A program made the translations under genes and the position numbers. The notes under the pieces were generated by a model that was not told the origin of the DNA, made no database searches, and worked only from the letters and a program-made list of their open reading frames with translations. A stretch of 64,000 nucleotides of DNA from Octopus vulgaris (lineage: Eukaryota). Numbering within the stretch: the stretch's first letter is position 1; each line of letters opens with the position of its first letter. This document shows, in pieces, positions 24,511 to 36,919 of this stretch. The DNA lies in assembly GCA_951406725.2 (NCBI GenBank), contig OX597815.1, positions 20,026,001-20,090,000 on the forward strand, given 5' to 3'.

Positions 24511-26454
24511 GTACAGTATCTTCGAACGTAGTTTGTTACCACACAGCCACACCTGCCCCTATGTATGTGTGTGTGTGTGTGTATGTGTAGATATATTATG
24601 CATGTATATATGTGTATATATATGTGTACATATTACATGTACATCTATATATATACATCTACACATAAAATACAAAATAGAAAGTTATATCTTGATATCG
24701 CTAGTGATAACAATACTCAAAATATATAACAGACTGGAATTGTAGGCCCGTCTCTTGCAATTTCGATCAATTGGATCTTGTCCTCCCTCTTGTATAGAAG
24801 TGTACGGCTGCAGCGAAATTCATTTTTGGACTTTCTTCTATCGAAGGCATTTTAACAAAAATGCTTCCGTAAAGACGGTGAAAATATTGTCAATTTCCCC
24901 AAATAGGGACACAATTCAATTTTAAAACAATAACCAAAGCCCCTTCTCCGAAAGGGGGAGGGTTACGGTTTACAATTATTTAACAAATGCAACACAACAA
25001 CGTTTCCCTGACGAGGAACCAACAAACGTAATTACAATAGTCAAACAGTAATAATAATAACAACTAACCTTTTTAATGTATCCCCATTTATGTGAAACCA
25101 CTTATTCAAGTTCAAGTCATTGATGCAATTTTATACGAATTGCTAATACACACACACATAATAAGGGTGAAAAATTGAATATTAATTTGATTAATATGAA
25201 TTGAAAACCAGTGGTTTAGCATATAAGACCATAGCGGATCTTCTTCTAGCAAAAAGGATGACCAGTATTAATTGCTCATCCCTTTTATATAAATACTTTC
25301 ACTTTAATTGTTGCACACTTGCAAAGAGAAAGGAGGAGAAAGTGTAGTGGTAATGGTTGGAATGAAACACTTGAAATGAAAGAGGGAAATCGTAAAATAT
25401 CGAATTTTCTCGAATTTTTGCTTAATTGGGAGTGAAATTGAAAAAACTTTACATGCCATGACCCAATGGAATATACTTGTAAAAATGATAGGTAAATTCC
25501 AATTGAAGAAATTCTATATTGTACAGAGAAAATCTGCCTTTTATCATAAGAGATAAGAGATAAGAGATATATATGAATAAGGGTATCTGAGAGACACCAC
25601 CATGCTGAAATAGCAGTCAAACCCTGACTCCAGAAACCACCTAAAATGTTCATATCGCACCATGAGATAAGACAGAGAGACAAAATAAACTAGCAAATCG
25701 ATATTAATGGATAATTCAAGATCCTGGATTTCTAGCTTTGCTTCAAATAAGCTCTGCTTTCGTCAGTTGAATATATCACATTAGCACATAAATACAAATA
25801 TATATATACAGAACACACGTTATGCTTTTAATGGAAGGAGCTTCCTCCCTTTCTCTGGTCCCGTAACCAGTCGCAAATTCTCTCTCCGTTCTCTATCTTT
25901 TAGGATATCTTCTAAGCGTTACCCACTATTCTTGTCTTCTTGGCCCTAAGGCCGTATTTTACTCGTCTGTTCGTCCTTGTATCTTGAGTGTACAACCGGA
26001 CGGGAGACAAAAATCCAAAAGTGGGCAACTGAATTTAGGAGGGGAAGGGAAAGTCTTGAAGAGGACCCAATGTCTGGACGTCCCAAATCACACTCTGTGT
26101 TATTTTGATTTGTTTTATTTACTCTCGGCCCTGAATTCTCTGCAAGAAAAATTTTTTGCGGGCACCGCCAACATGGGAAATCCTCAGTCTTATCATTAAG
26201 GGTGCGAAAACTGAGTATTACCTATTGGTTGATAACTGATGAACAATTAGGGACCTTTTGTGATTGTCTCCCGTCTGGTTGCAGACTCAATACACGTTAT
26301 GTCATTTATTTATTTACCATACATTTTTCTTTATATATATAATATATACGTGTGTGTGTGTGTATGGGTATGTGTGTATGGGTGTGTGTGTATGTATGTA
26401 TGTATGTATGTATGTATATATGTATGCATGTACGTATGTATGTATCTATGTATT

Positions 26455-26640
26455 CCATAGGAACAAGAACGACTGTGTGGTAAGAAGCTTGTTTCTCAAC
26501 CACATGGTTCCGGGTTCAGTCCAACTGCGTGGCATCTTAGGCAAGTGTCTTCTACTATAGTCTCGAGACGACCAAAGCCTTGTGGGTGGATTTGGTAGAC
26601 GGAAGCTGAAAGAAGATATATATGTATGTATGTATGTATG

Positions 26641-26671
<31 letters not shown>

Positions 26672-26925
26672 ATATGTATGTATGTATGTATGTATATATG
26701 TATGTATGTATGTATTTGTATGTCTGTTTGTTCCCCCACCACCATCGCTTGACAACCGATGTTGGCGTGTTTACGTCCCCATAACTTAGCGGTTAGGCAA
26801 AAGAAACCGATAGAATAAGTGCTAGGCTTACATAGAATAAGTCCAGGGGTCTATTTGCTCGACTAAAGGCGGTGTTCCAGCTTGGCCGCTGTCAACTGAC
26901 TGAAACATGTAAAAGAAATAAAAGC
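26455..26925 (+). mobile_element. SINE family B (CORE-like) with internal (TATG)n
   Basis: Head TGTGTGGTAAGAAGC...GGGTTCAGTCC; CORE-like CTTAGGCAAGTGTCTT; family B tail. Confidence 0.85.
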
Positions 26926-26940
26926 AATATATATAAAAGA

Positions 26941-27425
26941 CAGTGTTGCTGGGGTGACTAGTACGTAGGGTTTTGTCCAGCTTTGCTTTGAGCACATCTT
27001 TTTATCAAAAAGCCTTCCATTCAAGGGAGACATGAGCTTCCCCGGAGAAAGAAAAATGTCGATTGGCTACGGTGCAAAGGGCGATGGAAAGATCCATGCT
27101 AGTTATATCATTGCAAGAGTATTTCCAGAATAAGGTCATTTGAGAACAGAGTGGAGTGGATGAAATGATCGCAGAAAACCGAATGGACAAGCTCCGCTGG
27201 GCCGGTCATGTTTTAAGGCTCACCGGGAATAGGTGAACCTGTGCAGGTGATGAGTGGTATTCAAGAGATCGAAAAAGACACTCGGCGGTGGTGATTTAGT
27301 AAAACTATTTGAGCCAAGGTGGATAAGAATGGCACAATCAAGAAAGAACTGGAAGCACATTGTGGCCAACGGTGTATGACAACATCCGATATTCTGGTCG
27401 ATACAGGTAATACAGGTGATACAGG

Positions 27426-27428
<3 letters not shown>
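26941..27428 (+). mobile_element. RTE-clade LINE 3' fragment with (ATACAGGTR)3 tail
   Basis: Peptides RLATVQRAMERSML and KLRWAGHVLR; 9-bp tandem tail at about 27401-27428. Confidence 0.7.
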
Positions 27429-27478
<50 letters not shown>

Positions 27479-28254
27479 TACACACAAACACACGCGCATA
27501 TGAAAGAGACATTCAATTTAAATTTCCTTTATTTCTATCATTCTTTTATTCTATTTTTGCATTAATTTCCTTTAACAGCCTCTTTTAGGCACTATTTTCC
27601 TAGTCGTCTTCCTGTTACCATATTGTATCAATTTATAGTCTCTTTATGATCTCGGGTTATTAATCTTACTACCTTTATCATTTACTCTAAACTGGTTATC
27701 TCAGTATATATTGAACAGCTATTTTTTCTTTCTGTTTCATTAATTGGCGAATCTCCAATCTGTCAATATCCACCCCCTTTGTATTACTTAGGACTATCTC
27801 CAATCTACTAATATTTCAAAATCTATTAGTAAACTTCAATACACTGTTCCGGTTATGTGTGACAGCCCTAAACCAGGTAGTATGGTATCAGATTTCATTC
27901 CTTTTCATAGTCAGGCTTACTATTCCTTGATTCTTGTTGCTACCACTATTCACGTTTCCTGTTTTACCTGGATAGTACTGGTCAGACACTTGCTTAAAAT
28001 AGATGATCTAGTTTTCAAATAATACCGTCTTAATCAAATTCCTTTCTTTTGGCAGTCAATTCATTATGCCTCTGCGGAAGGTATACGAGGGTGATTGTTT
28101 TTTTTGTTTTTTATCAGTCGATCGACCATGGAATGATCGATTAATACGATTGAACTATGGAATTAAATCCCTCCAATACTTATCCGAAACATTGGTAAAC
28201 ATTCAATAAATGTATTCATCTATTATTTGTGTGTATTTTATATATATATATATA

Positions 28255-28520
28255 TATGGCCATCTACAACAGGCACATCAAGACCCTGAAACGAGTCTAA
28301 CGTCATCTGCACTCCATCTTGCATATAAAATGGCGGGATCGCATACCTGATGTATAGTTTCTGCACTAATGTAGTTAGTGTTAAGACCCTCATAGCTTCA
28401 TAGCAACTGCTAGTATGATGAAGGGTCGTAGGCTCATAAATGCAGTTTTCATTGCGGGACTATGACGGGGCAGGGGGACCCATTGTAGACAAAGATTGCG
28501 ATACAGAGATATGCTGAAGA
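28255..28520 (+). mobile_element. RTE/BovB-like LINE degenerate fragment
   Basis: RHIKTL..RHLHSILHIKWRDRIPD and RQRLRYRDMLK peptides. Confidence 0.55.
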
Positions 28521-28750
28521 GCCATGTGAATAAGTCCAGTATTTCCCCCAGATACCTTGGAGGAGAAGTACATGCGGCGCGATGAATGGTACCGATCACT
28601 GAAACTCATAATTCCAGCAATTGAGAAGAAACAACAGAGAGAATAAGAAATAGCACATGAGAGCCATCACTTCTCCGTTGCGTCAAGCAATGTCATCGCT
28701 GCTGCAAACAGAACAGCGAACGTTGACCGACGACAGACAACCGATGACGA

Positions 28751-28800
<50 letters not shown>

Positions 28801-28819
28801 TATGTATGTATGTATGTAT

Positions 28820-29657
28820 ATGTAAAAAAAAATATAAACTGGGACTGGAACGCAAAACATTTAGAAGACGATACAAAAAACACGGACGGGACATTCGAAG
28901 CCTTCAATCTTCAGTCAAGAACCGGATCATCTTCGCAATTTCGGCTGATTAATCTTGAGATTGCTTCGATCTGGCCAGTCCCAAAGGAAAATCTAAGCCA
29001 AGCGCATTAGATTCCTTGGAAGAAAGCCTCGAATGTATACAAAACAAGGACGGAAAACAGGACGATGTTACACGAATAAAAATACAAAAATACGAAAAAA
29101 CAATAATGATAACACGAATAAGAATACAAAAATACGTAAAAACAATAATGATAATAATAATAACAACAAAAACAAGACATCACAGACAAGCGTCTTTTCG
29201 ACAGGACGAGTAAATTTTTTGAGCTGGCGTTAGAAAAAAGCCTTAGGGCTAGAGAGAGAAAAAAAATTTGTGTCTTGCCGTAACGGCTGCTGACCACGAA
29301 GAGGCTAGCAATCGGTCGGCTAGTCACGTGTGAGAAGAGAGAAGAAAAGAGGGACAGATGAAGAGAGAAAGAAGGGGAACAAGGAACAAAGGAGGAGGAG
29401 AAGAGAGAGAGAGAAAGAGACGGTCAAAAAGGAGTGCAAAGTGTGAAAGGCAGAGAAATGTAGGAGAGGGGGGAGAGAGACAGTGTTATAGAGTCATACC
29501 AAGATAAGAATATGTACTTACACATTAGACCAAAAAGGGTACGGACGTCGCTATATATATGTATATGTAAAAAAATACAAACTGGGACAGGAACGCAAAA
29601 CATTTAGAAGACGATACAAAAAACACGGACGGGACATTCGAAGCCTTCAATCTTCAG

Positions 29658-29660
<3 letters not shown>
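28820..29660. mobile_element. Non-autonomous element bounded by about 98-bp direct repeats, in (TA)n
   Basis: 28820-28917 repeats at 29563-29660 (TATGTAAAAAAA...GCCTTCAATCTTCAGTCA). Confidence 0.65.
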
Positions 29661-29696
<36 letters not shown>

Positions 29697-30299
29697 TAAA
29701 AACGGTAAGATAAAAGAAAGAAAGAGATCTCAATATTATGTAAATAGAGGAAATTTATGCATATATGGGTACAAGACGTCATAAAACGTGCACAACATGA
29801 AATACGAAGACAAACTTTTGTATGCTACACAACTAAAGAAACAAATGGAAAACAAGACAAGTAACATAAAGAACGACCCTTCATCAGTTCTCGGCTGTTT
29901 ATCTTCTCTACATTGCGAGCAATTCACGACAACATGTGCCTTCGAGAAAACAGTTGGTCCCGAGAACCAAAATAAAATTTGAAATTTGTGGAGGGTCAAA
30001 GTTGGTAACAATAACAGGACAGTGAAAACAAACAGTGAGGGCCGCTAGGCCATACGAGGTAAAGTGGCGAACGCTGGAGGAACAATCTTTGACAAGAGAA
30101 AAATAGGAGAGGAGACAGACAAGAATATGCCTGGTCTGTGACAAAGACCGAAAGAAAAGATGATCAAGTGGGGAAAAGAAAGATAGACGATGGTCACGTG
30201 TGAGCAACTAGAGAGTAAAGGAGAAAAAGGGAAAGAGAGAGGGGGACAGATAGAAAACGGTGAAGGGGAGAAAAATATATATATGTATATATATAGGAA

Positions 30300-31330
30300 A
30301 GGAAAAAATAATAGTAATAAGGCAGAACGCTAAACTGAAATCAAATTTTAATATAAATGGGTGTAAGAAAGATTAAAAAGGATTTCAAACTGGCTTTCAT
30401 TGCATGGCAAATTTTCAAGATAAGAAAGGGGAATAAATAATGTTTTTTTTTCAAAAAAATAATAAATATGTACAAAAATAAATAAATAAATAGTGGCTGT
30501 GTGGTAAGTAGCTTGCTAACCAACCACATAGATACGGGTTCATCCCACTGCGTGGCACCTTGGGCAAGTGTCTTCTACTATAGCCTCGGGCCGACCAATA
30601 CCTTGTGAGTAGATTTGGTAGACGGAAACTGAAAGAAGCCTGTCGTATATATGTATATATATATATATATTATGTGTGTGTGTGTGTGTGTGTCTGTGTT
30701 TGTCTCCCTAGCATTGCTTGACAACCGATGCTGGTGTGTCTACGTCCCCGTCACTTAGCGGTTCGGCAAAAGAGAGACCGATAGAATAAGTACTGGGCTT
30801 ACAAAGAATAAGTCCCGGGGTCGATTTGCCCGACTAAAGGCTGTGCTCCAGCATGGCCGCAGTCAAATGACTGAAACAAGTAAAAGAGAAAAGAGAAAGA
30901 GTAATACATTATAGTGTCTTTAAGCTTTTAAAGTTCTATAGTATTCCATGGAAAAACTTGTTTGAAGGATTAGGATGCATGTGTTTCAGTGTAGTATTTT
31001 GTTCGAGAAGGTTGGGTGTTTATGTGTCAAACAGGAAATGGGGTAGGAGCTATTCAGTTCATGTGAATAAAGGGAGACAATTCTGTGGGATTTATACTCT
31101 TTAATTGGGGTGCTGGATTTTTTTGTCAATAAGATGCTTATGTCTGTTCTTAGAAATACAAGTAACAAATATATATATTAGGTAGGCTAGAGTTTGTGGA
31201 GTTTAAGAAGCGTTTGGAACTTTTCAATAACAAGATTCTCTTTGCTGATTCTTTCTTGTGGAGAGATTCTGTCTTTACATTGATATGAAACGAATATAAG
31301 AAATTTGGGATTTTTATTTCTAGCGCAAGA
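30300..31330 (-). mobile_element. Probable PLE 3' relic, interrupted by SINE B
   Basis: Minus-strand ISKNRHKHLI resembles the SKCRH-type PLE C-terminus; HHR-like motif at 30382-30423 lies downstream on the same strand. Confidence 0.35.
30492..30902 (+). mobile_element. SINE family B (CORE-like)
   Basis: GTGGCTGTGTGGTAAG...CACCTTGGGCAAGTGTCTT...GACTGAAACAAGTAAAAGAG. Confidence 0.9.
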
Positions 31331-31331
31331 G

Positions 31332-31424
<93 letters not shown>

Positions 31425-31567
31425 TAGAAGGTTTGGAGATGATGTACAGGTATTTTATATTAGAAGAAATGAGATACTCAGAAATTCGGATGGTTTTATA
31501 TTTACAGATATTTATTTGTATATTACATGTTTTTATACATCATATATCATATATCTATATATATATA

Positions 31568-33861
31568 TCAGGCTGACCAAAAAGTAAACAACGTTTTGAA
31601 ACATGAAATTCATCACAATATATTTCAACAATGCGGAAATTTTATTCATCAAAGTACCATTACAATCAATACATTTTGCCAACGAGTTAGAAGTTTGTTT
31701 ATTCCGGTAACATAAAAATCTGGAGTTTTGACACTTATGAACTCTTTGACTGAACTTTCAGCATCGGTTTGATTTTTAACTTCTCTCGCAAGAAACCATC
31801 AAGGTGCTTGAAAAAGTGGTAGTCGGTAGAAGAAAGGTCTGGAAAATAAGCTGGTTGGGGAAGAACTTCGTAGCCAAGTTCCCTCAACTTCTGGAGCGTC
31901 ATTAGTGAAACGTGTGGTCGAGCATTGTCATGAAGAATGATTGACCCTCTTCTGTTGACCAGTCTGGGACGGAGGAGTAACAGTTTTTCGTTCATTTTGG
32001 CAATTTCATGGCAATATGTTTCTGCAGTAATAGTTTTTTTTCAATTTTTAAGAAATTATAGTGGATGAGTCAAGCAGTACACCACCAAATAGTCACCATC
32101 ACCTTGTTTTTGAAGAGCTTGGGTTTAGGGAAGGTTTTCGGTGCTTCATTTTGGTCCAACACTACGAAGAACTTTCTTTTTTGCACAGAATCCACTTTTC
32201 ATTGCAAGTTACGATACAGTTGGAAAATGGTTCGGTCTGGTTACAGGGAAGAAGCAACGAGCAAATTTCATGTCTGCGCATTTTCTGATTTTCATTCAAA
32301 TCGTGTGGTACCAACGATTCTCCAATCGCATGCCAATGGTTGCAGGCAGTTTTCTGGCTAACTTGAAGTTCTTTTACCAGTTCTCAAGTAGTTTTACGTG
32401 GATCTTTCTCAATGATGGTCTTTAATTGACCGTCATCGGTGACAGATGGGTGACCACTACGCACTTGGTCTTCAACGCTCAACTCTCTACTGCGAAATCG
32501 TTTAAACCATTTTCGAGCTGATCACTAACTGTTCATTTCCTCATCAAACGTTTCCTTGATACTGCGAACAATTTCAGCTGCTTTACCTCCTTTTTTGAAG
32601 TTGAATAGTAAAATTGCTCGAATATCGCGCTTTGACAGTTCTGTTTCAGATTATTGTAACAACGATTTCTTTATTGCTCACAGGGGGCTAAATATAGAGG
32701 GACAGTACAAAGATGGACAAAAACACAAAAGTGGGGGTGGGGAATAAAACGAATGAAAAGGATGGTATGAAAAATGAATGGATGAAATGAAGGCCACTCG
32801 AACCCCACAATCCAAGTAACCTAATTGAAACTTTTAAACAATTAATCACTTAATAATCACTTAATATGTTCACGTTAAATTCTTTTAAAAGTTCATGATA
32901 GCTTAACGTTGATTGCATCCAGCTGTATTGCAGCAAGCAGCCAAACGACATCTACCTCCGGGGGAATCTCTACCACCCTTACCTTGGAAGCTCGTCTTCC
33001 AAGGCAAGTAGGTAGAAATATTACCTCATCCGTTTTCAGGGAGGCTACCGAATGTTGCCTGGCCTTCTTCTCGGATGCAAATCGCACATCCACAGCTGCG
33101 TATTTCCTCCCGCTGGCAAAGTAGGTGACATCCTGCTAGATGGGTCTTAATACCTTTTCTACATGTAGTTTTGTCACTATCTTTATTCTCTTTACATCCA
33201 AACTATATGTTCTATATATTATTGTCTTTTTTTTAGTGTCCTTTGTAACTTTGTAACTTCACAAGGAGGGGTCACTTTTACTTTGTACCCCTCCCTTCGT
33301 AGGATTTCCCTGTACTTGTTTAACTCCACATTGTTAAAACAAATATCTTCTCTTGTTTCACCAGCCGTAGCTGCACAATTCATTATTTTCCACCTTCAAT
33401 TTTTCCATCTTCTGGTCTGCTGTATCTAAACTTCTCAGTAATTCTTCTTCAGACGTCGTTATGTCTGGTGAATTCAAATCTTCATACATCATGAAGACAC
33501 AAGTAATGCACTCCCCCCTTCAAACAAGAGGTACAGCATTAACAAGACTGCCGTAAGGCAGCAAAAACAAGTGTCTCAAGACACAACAATTAATTACAAA
33601 TAGAATTCCAATTCAGCAATCTTTCACTTACCTCTCGAACGACGCACAAACAAAATTCATGACCAACTCGGTTACAGATGATTGTAACAACGGTGAAAAA
33701 ACATCTATGTCAATTTATTCATGCATTTGGGCAAATCTAATGTCAGTATTATCAGGCAATTTCAAGAAAAAACAAATGTTTAAAAGAATTCAAAACTCTG
33801 CAAAAAATACGGTATAAATTCTTCATGGTTAAAAGCGTTGCTTACTTTTTACTCAGTCTGA
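31568..33861 (-). mobile_element. Full-length decayed mariner transposon carrying a 1-kb insertion
   Basis: TIRs TCAGGCTGACCAAAAAGTAAACAACG and CGTTGCTTACTTTTTACTCAGTCTGA, TA-flanked; peptides SKRDIRAILLFNFKKG, LHDNARPH, PAYFPDLSSTDYHFF (YSPDL-type motif). Confidence 0.9.
32665..33674 (-). mobile_element. Internally deleted LINE: 5'UTR plus ORF1 N-terminal part joined to a 3' tail shared with SINE A
   Basis: 18-bp TSD CAGAT(T/G)ATTGTAACAACG at 32647-32664 and 33675-33692; ORF1-like TIIYRTYSL...VRFASEKKA...LPTCLGRRASKVRVVEIPPEVDVVWL; tail TTTAGCCCCCTGTGAGCAATAAAGAAAT. Confidence 0.75.
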
Positions 33862-34067
33862 TATATATATATATATATATATATAAATACATATATATAT
33901 ATATATATATAGGTTATGAGAGGTAATGGTGTCAGTAAGACCCAAAGGTGTCAGGTAATGCTAAGTAAGCTCCAGGTTCGGTGATTATGCTAATAAGGAG
34001 TCCAATGTAGGCCATATATGAGCGTGTGTATATATAATTTTTTTTTCAGAATGAAATAAAAACACCA

Positions 34068-34093
34068 AATAAAATATCTTTTAGTCCATCATA

Positions 34094-34124
<31 letters not shown>

Positions 34125-34439
34125 GTATAAATTCTTTTCAGGTGTGAAGATTTTAGAACATTTATAAATAGAAGGCTTTACAGCTGTTTCCAGGATATTT
34201 ATTATATCCCTTCATCGGAGACGGTATGAGAAAATGGTTAAGCAATAGTAATTTAGTTATCTAAATTAACCATTTTCTCACACCGTCTCCGATGAAGGGA
34301 TATAATAAAAATCCTGGAAACAGCTGTAAAGCCTTCTATTTATAAATGTTCTAAAATCTTCACACCTGAAAAAAATTTATACATATATATATATATATAC
34401 ATACACACACACATATGATGGACTAAAAGATATTTTATT
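34068..34439. repeat. About 370-bp near-perfect palindrome (174-bp arms) of PLE-type terminal repeat with a hammerhead on each arm
   Basis: 34068-34241 is the reverse complement of 34266-34439; 24-bp spacer. Confidence 0.9.
34285..34332 (+). ncRNA. Hammerhead motif, U4C core variant
   Basis: gtct CCGATGA aggga...tcct g GAAAC agct GTA aagc; mirrored on the left arm; same family at 47517-47568. Confidence 0.5.
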
Positions 34440-34892
34440 AAAGTAATTTTATTGCAAAGAAATATTTAGTGCCCTCTATATATGTATCTGTGCGCATGTG
34501 TGTGTATGTGAGCACATGTATTGTGCACATGTGCGTTTCTGCGCAAGTAGAGATATACGTTTATGCTTTAGATATCCCCTCGCTGTAAACAAAAGTACCG
34601 GACTTAATTAATTAATAGTGGGGATCACTACGGATGTCTAAAAATAGCTTGAAGGTAGTACTCTAATGTGGCTGCACTCCAATGAGTAAAACCATAAATG
34701 AATAAAACCTAGATCTGGTAAAAGTTGAGTTGGTCATGCCTGGAATCCATTTGAATCAAAGGTCTTGTTTTAATTTTGGACATCCTTTTCTTGCCTTCCT
34801 CGACAATTTCTGTCATTAATACAAACGCCATTTATTTTCAATCCGATGTTAAATTGAATTGTTTAAACAATATAAAATATACAGATCTAATT

Positions 34893-34927
<35 letters not shown>

Positions 34928-34935
34928 TGTGTGTG

Positions 34936-34966
<31 letters not shown>

Positions 34967-35001
34967 TATGTATATATATATATATATATATGTATTATAT
35001 G

Positions 35002-35032
<31 letters not shown>

Positions 35033-35232
35033 ATATATATATATATATAAATATATGTATATATATATATATATTTTAGTAGGTGAATGAATTATCCTAT
35101 GTTTATCGTCAGCATGGAAAATTCGTTTAACCGAAACCTGGGTAGCAAATTCACGTCAGAAAACACGGTTGAAGCGACCTGTCAAGGGTAGAAACTCCGG
35201 GTTCATGTGTAGAAATTTGTGTGTTGTATATG

Positions 35233-35993
35233 AATAAATGAAAGAATGGAGTCGAACGAAGATGTTAACAAAATTCCTTTACTTTCGACACATGTTTCGA
35301 AGATACCATATTTTCATTCTAAAGGAATAAAGGGTGCATTATGCAATCTTCTCATATGGAAATGTGTGGGTGTGTGCTTGTGTTAATGAGTGCGTGTGTT
35401 TGTGTGTGTGTATGTGTGTGTGTATAACTGCATTTGTGTCTGTGTGTGTGATTGTGTGTGTGAGAGAGAGACAGACGTTAAAGATAGATAGTAGGAAGGG
35501 AAGATATAAAGGAATAATAGGTAGGGAACAAGTGGAGAGGGAAGGATACGTTGATTGAAAGAATGTTCGAAGGCTTAAGAAAGAATTTCTCTATAGCAGT
35601 GAGTGGACGTGAAGCTAATTGTTCAAACCACAGTGACTGTCGTTAACACACGCACTCATTAACACAAGCACACACCCACACATTTCCATACATACAGCAA
35701 ACATACTGTTCCCTACCTATTATTACTTTATCCCTTCTCTTCCTCCTACTATCTATTTTTGACGTCAATTCTTCTAACGGATTTTTTTTAAAAAACACTC
35801 ATTATCGCTTTGTTTACCATGTAGGCAATCATCGAAATTTTTGTCTTGTTGTCGAGAGAGGCTCCCTTTCTTTCCTGATGAGAAGATTGCATAATGCACC
35901 CTTTATTCCTTTGGAATGAAAATATGCTGTCTTCGAAACATGTGTCGAGAGTAAAGGAATTTTGTTAACATTTTCGTTCGACTCCATTCTTTC

Positions 35994-36000
<7 letters not shown>
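35233..36000. mobile_element. PLE-type element with 123-bp inverted arms and internally shuffled inverted segments
   Basis: 35233-35355 pairs with 35878-36000; 35355-35400 with 35645-35690; 35474-35530 with 35707-35766. Confidence 0.8.
35870..35951 (+). ncRNA. Type I hammerhead ribozyme, canonical core, large structured loop II
   Basis: ctttc CTGATGA gaaga-[43 nt]-tcttc GAAAC atgt GTC gagag. Confidence 0.85.
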
Positions 36001-36055
<55 letters not shown>

Positions 36056-36056
36056 G

Positions 36057-36089
<33 letters not shown>

Positions 36090-36098
36090 TTGTATGTA

Positions 36099-36153
<55 letters not shown>

Positions 36154-36884
36154 AATCTAGCACCTAACACAGAACATGTAGAAAGCGGAGGTGGTGAGAG
36201 AGCTGAACGAACACGGGGAACAGAGAAGGGGGAGAGGAGAGAGATGTAAGGAGAAGGAAGAAGGGGAAAGGAGGAGATGAAAAGAGAAAAGCTAGTAGAA
36301 AGGAGAGAGAAGGGAGTGAGAGAGAGAGAATGATGGAGAGGAAAGAGGGGAAGCAGAGAAATGGGTCGCAAAATGAGGGATGGGTGTTCAGTAAAAATGA
36401 AGAGAGAAGTGCAAGTATATTAAAAAAGAGTTATATGATGGAGAGAGAGAGTAAGAGTGTATGTATGGAAGAGAATTAAAAGAAGATAAATGTGTATGTG
36501 TGTATGTGCGTGTGCGTGTATGTGCGAATGTACGTTTGTGGGTGAGATTGAGAGAGAGAGAGAAAAAAATTATGAAAGAAGGTGAGAGAAGAGTGTTGTG
36601 CAAAAATATATGAATGAGGGACAAAGATAGACATGTGAGTGTTTATGTGAGAGTGAGTGTATATAAATGTATTGCTTGTGTGAGTGTGTTTGTGTGAGTG
36701 TGAGTGTGTTTGTGTGTGTGTGAGAGGGAAATAGAGAGAGAGGCAGAGAGAAGCAGAGAGGGAGGGAGAGAGTAAAATAGGAATGAGAGGTTAAGTAAAC
36801 ATGAAAGATGAAAGAGTGGAAAAGGTAAAAGGAAGAAGAAAGACTAAGATGAGGAAGCGTGTGTGTGTGTGCGTGTGTGCGCGC

Positions 36885-36919
<35 letters not shown>

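Noticed and set aside
25005-25035. CTGACGAGGAACC as a hammerhead
   Set aside because: No GAAA or stem I partner
35110-35150. CGAAACCTGGGTA with an inverted CTGACGA nearby
   Set aside because: The halves lie on opposite strands, so no complete fold is possible
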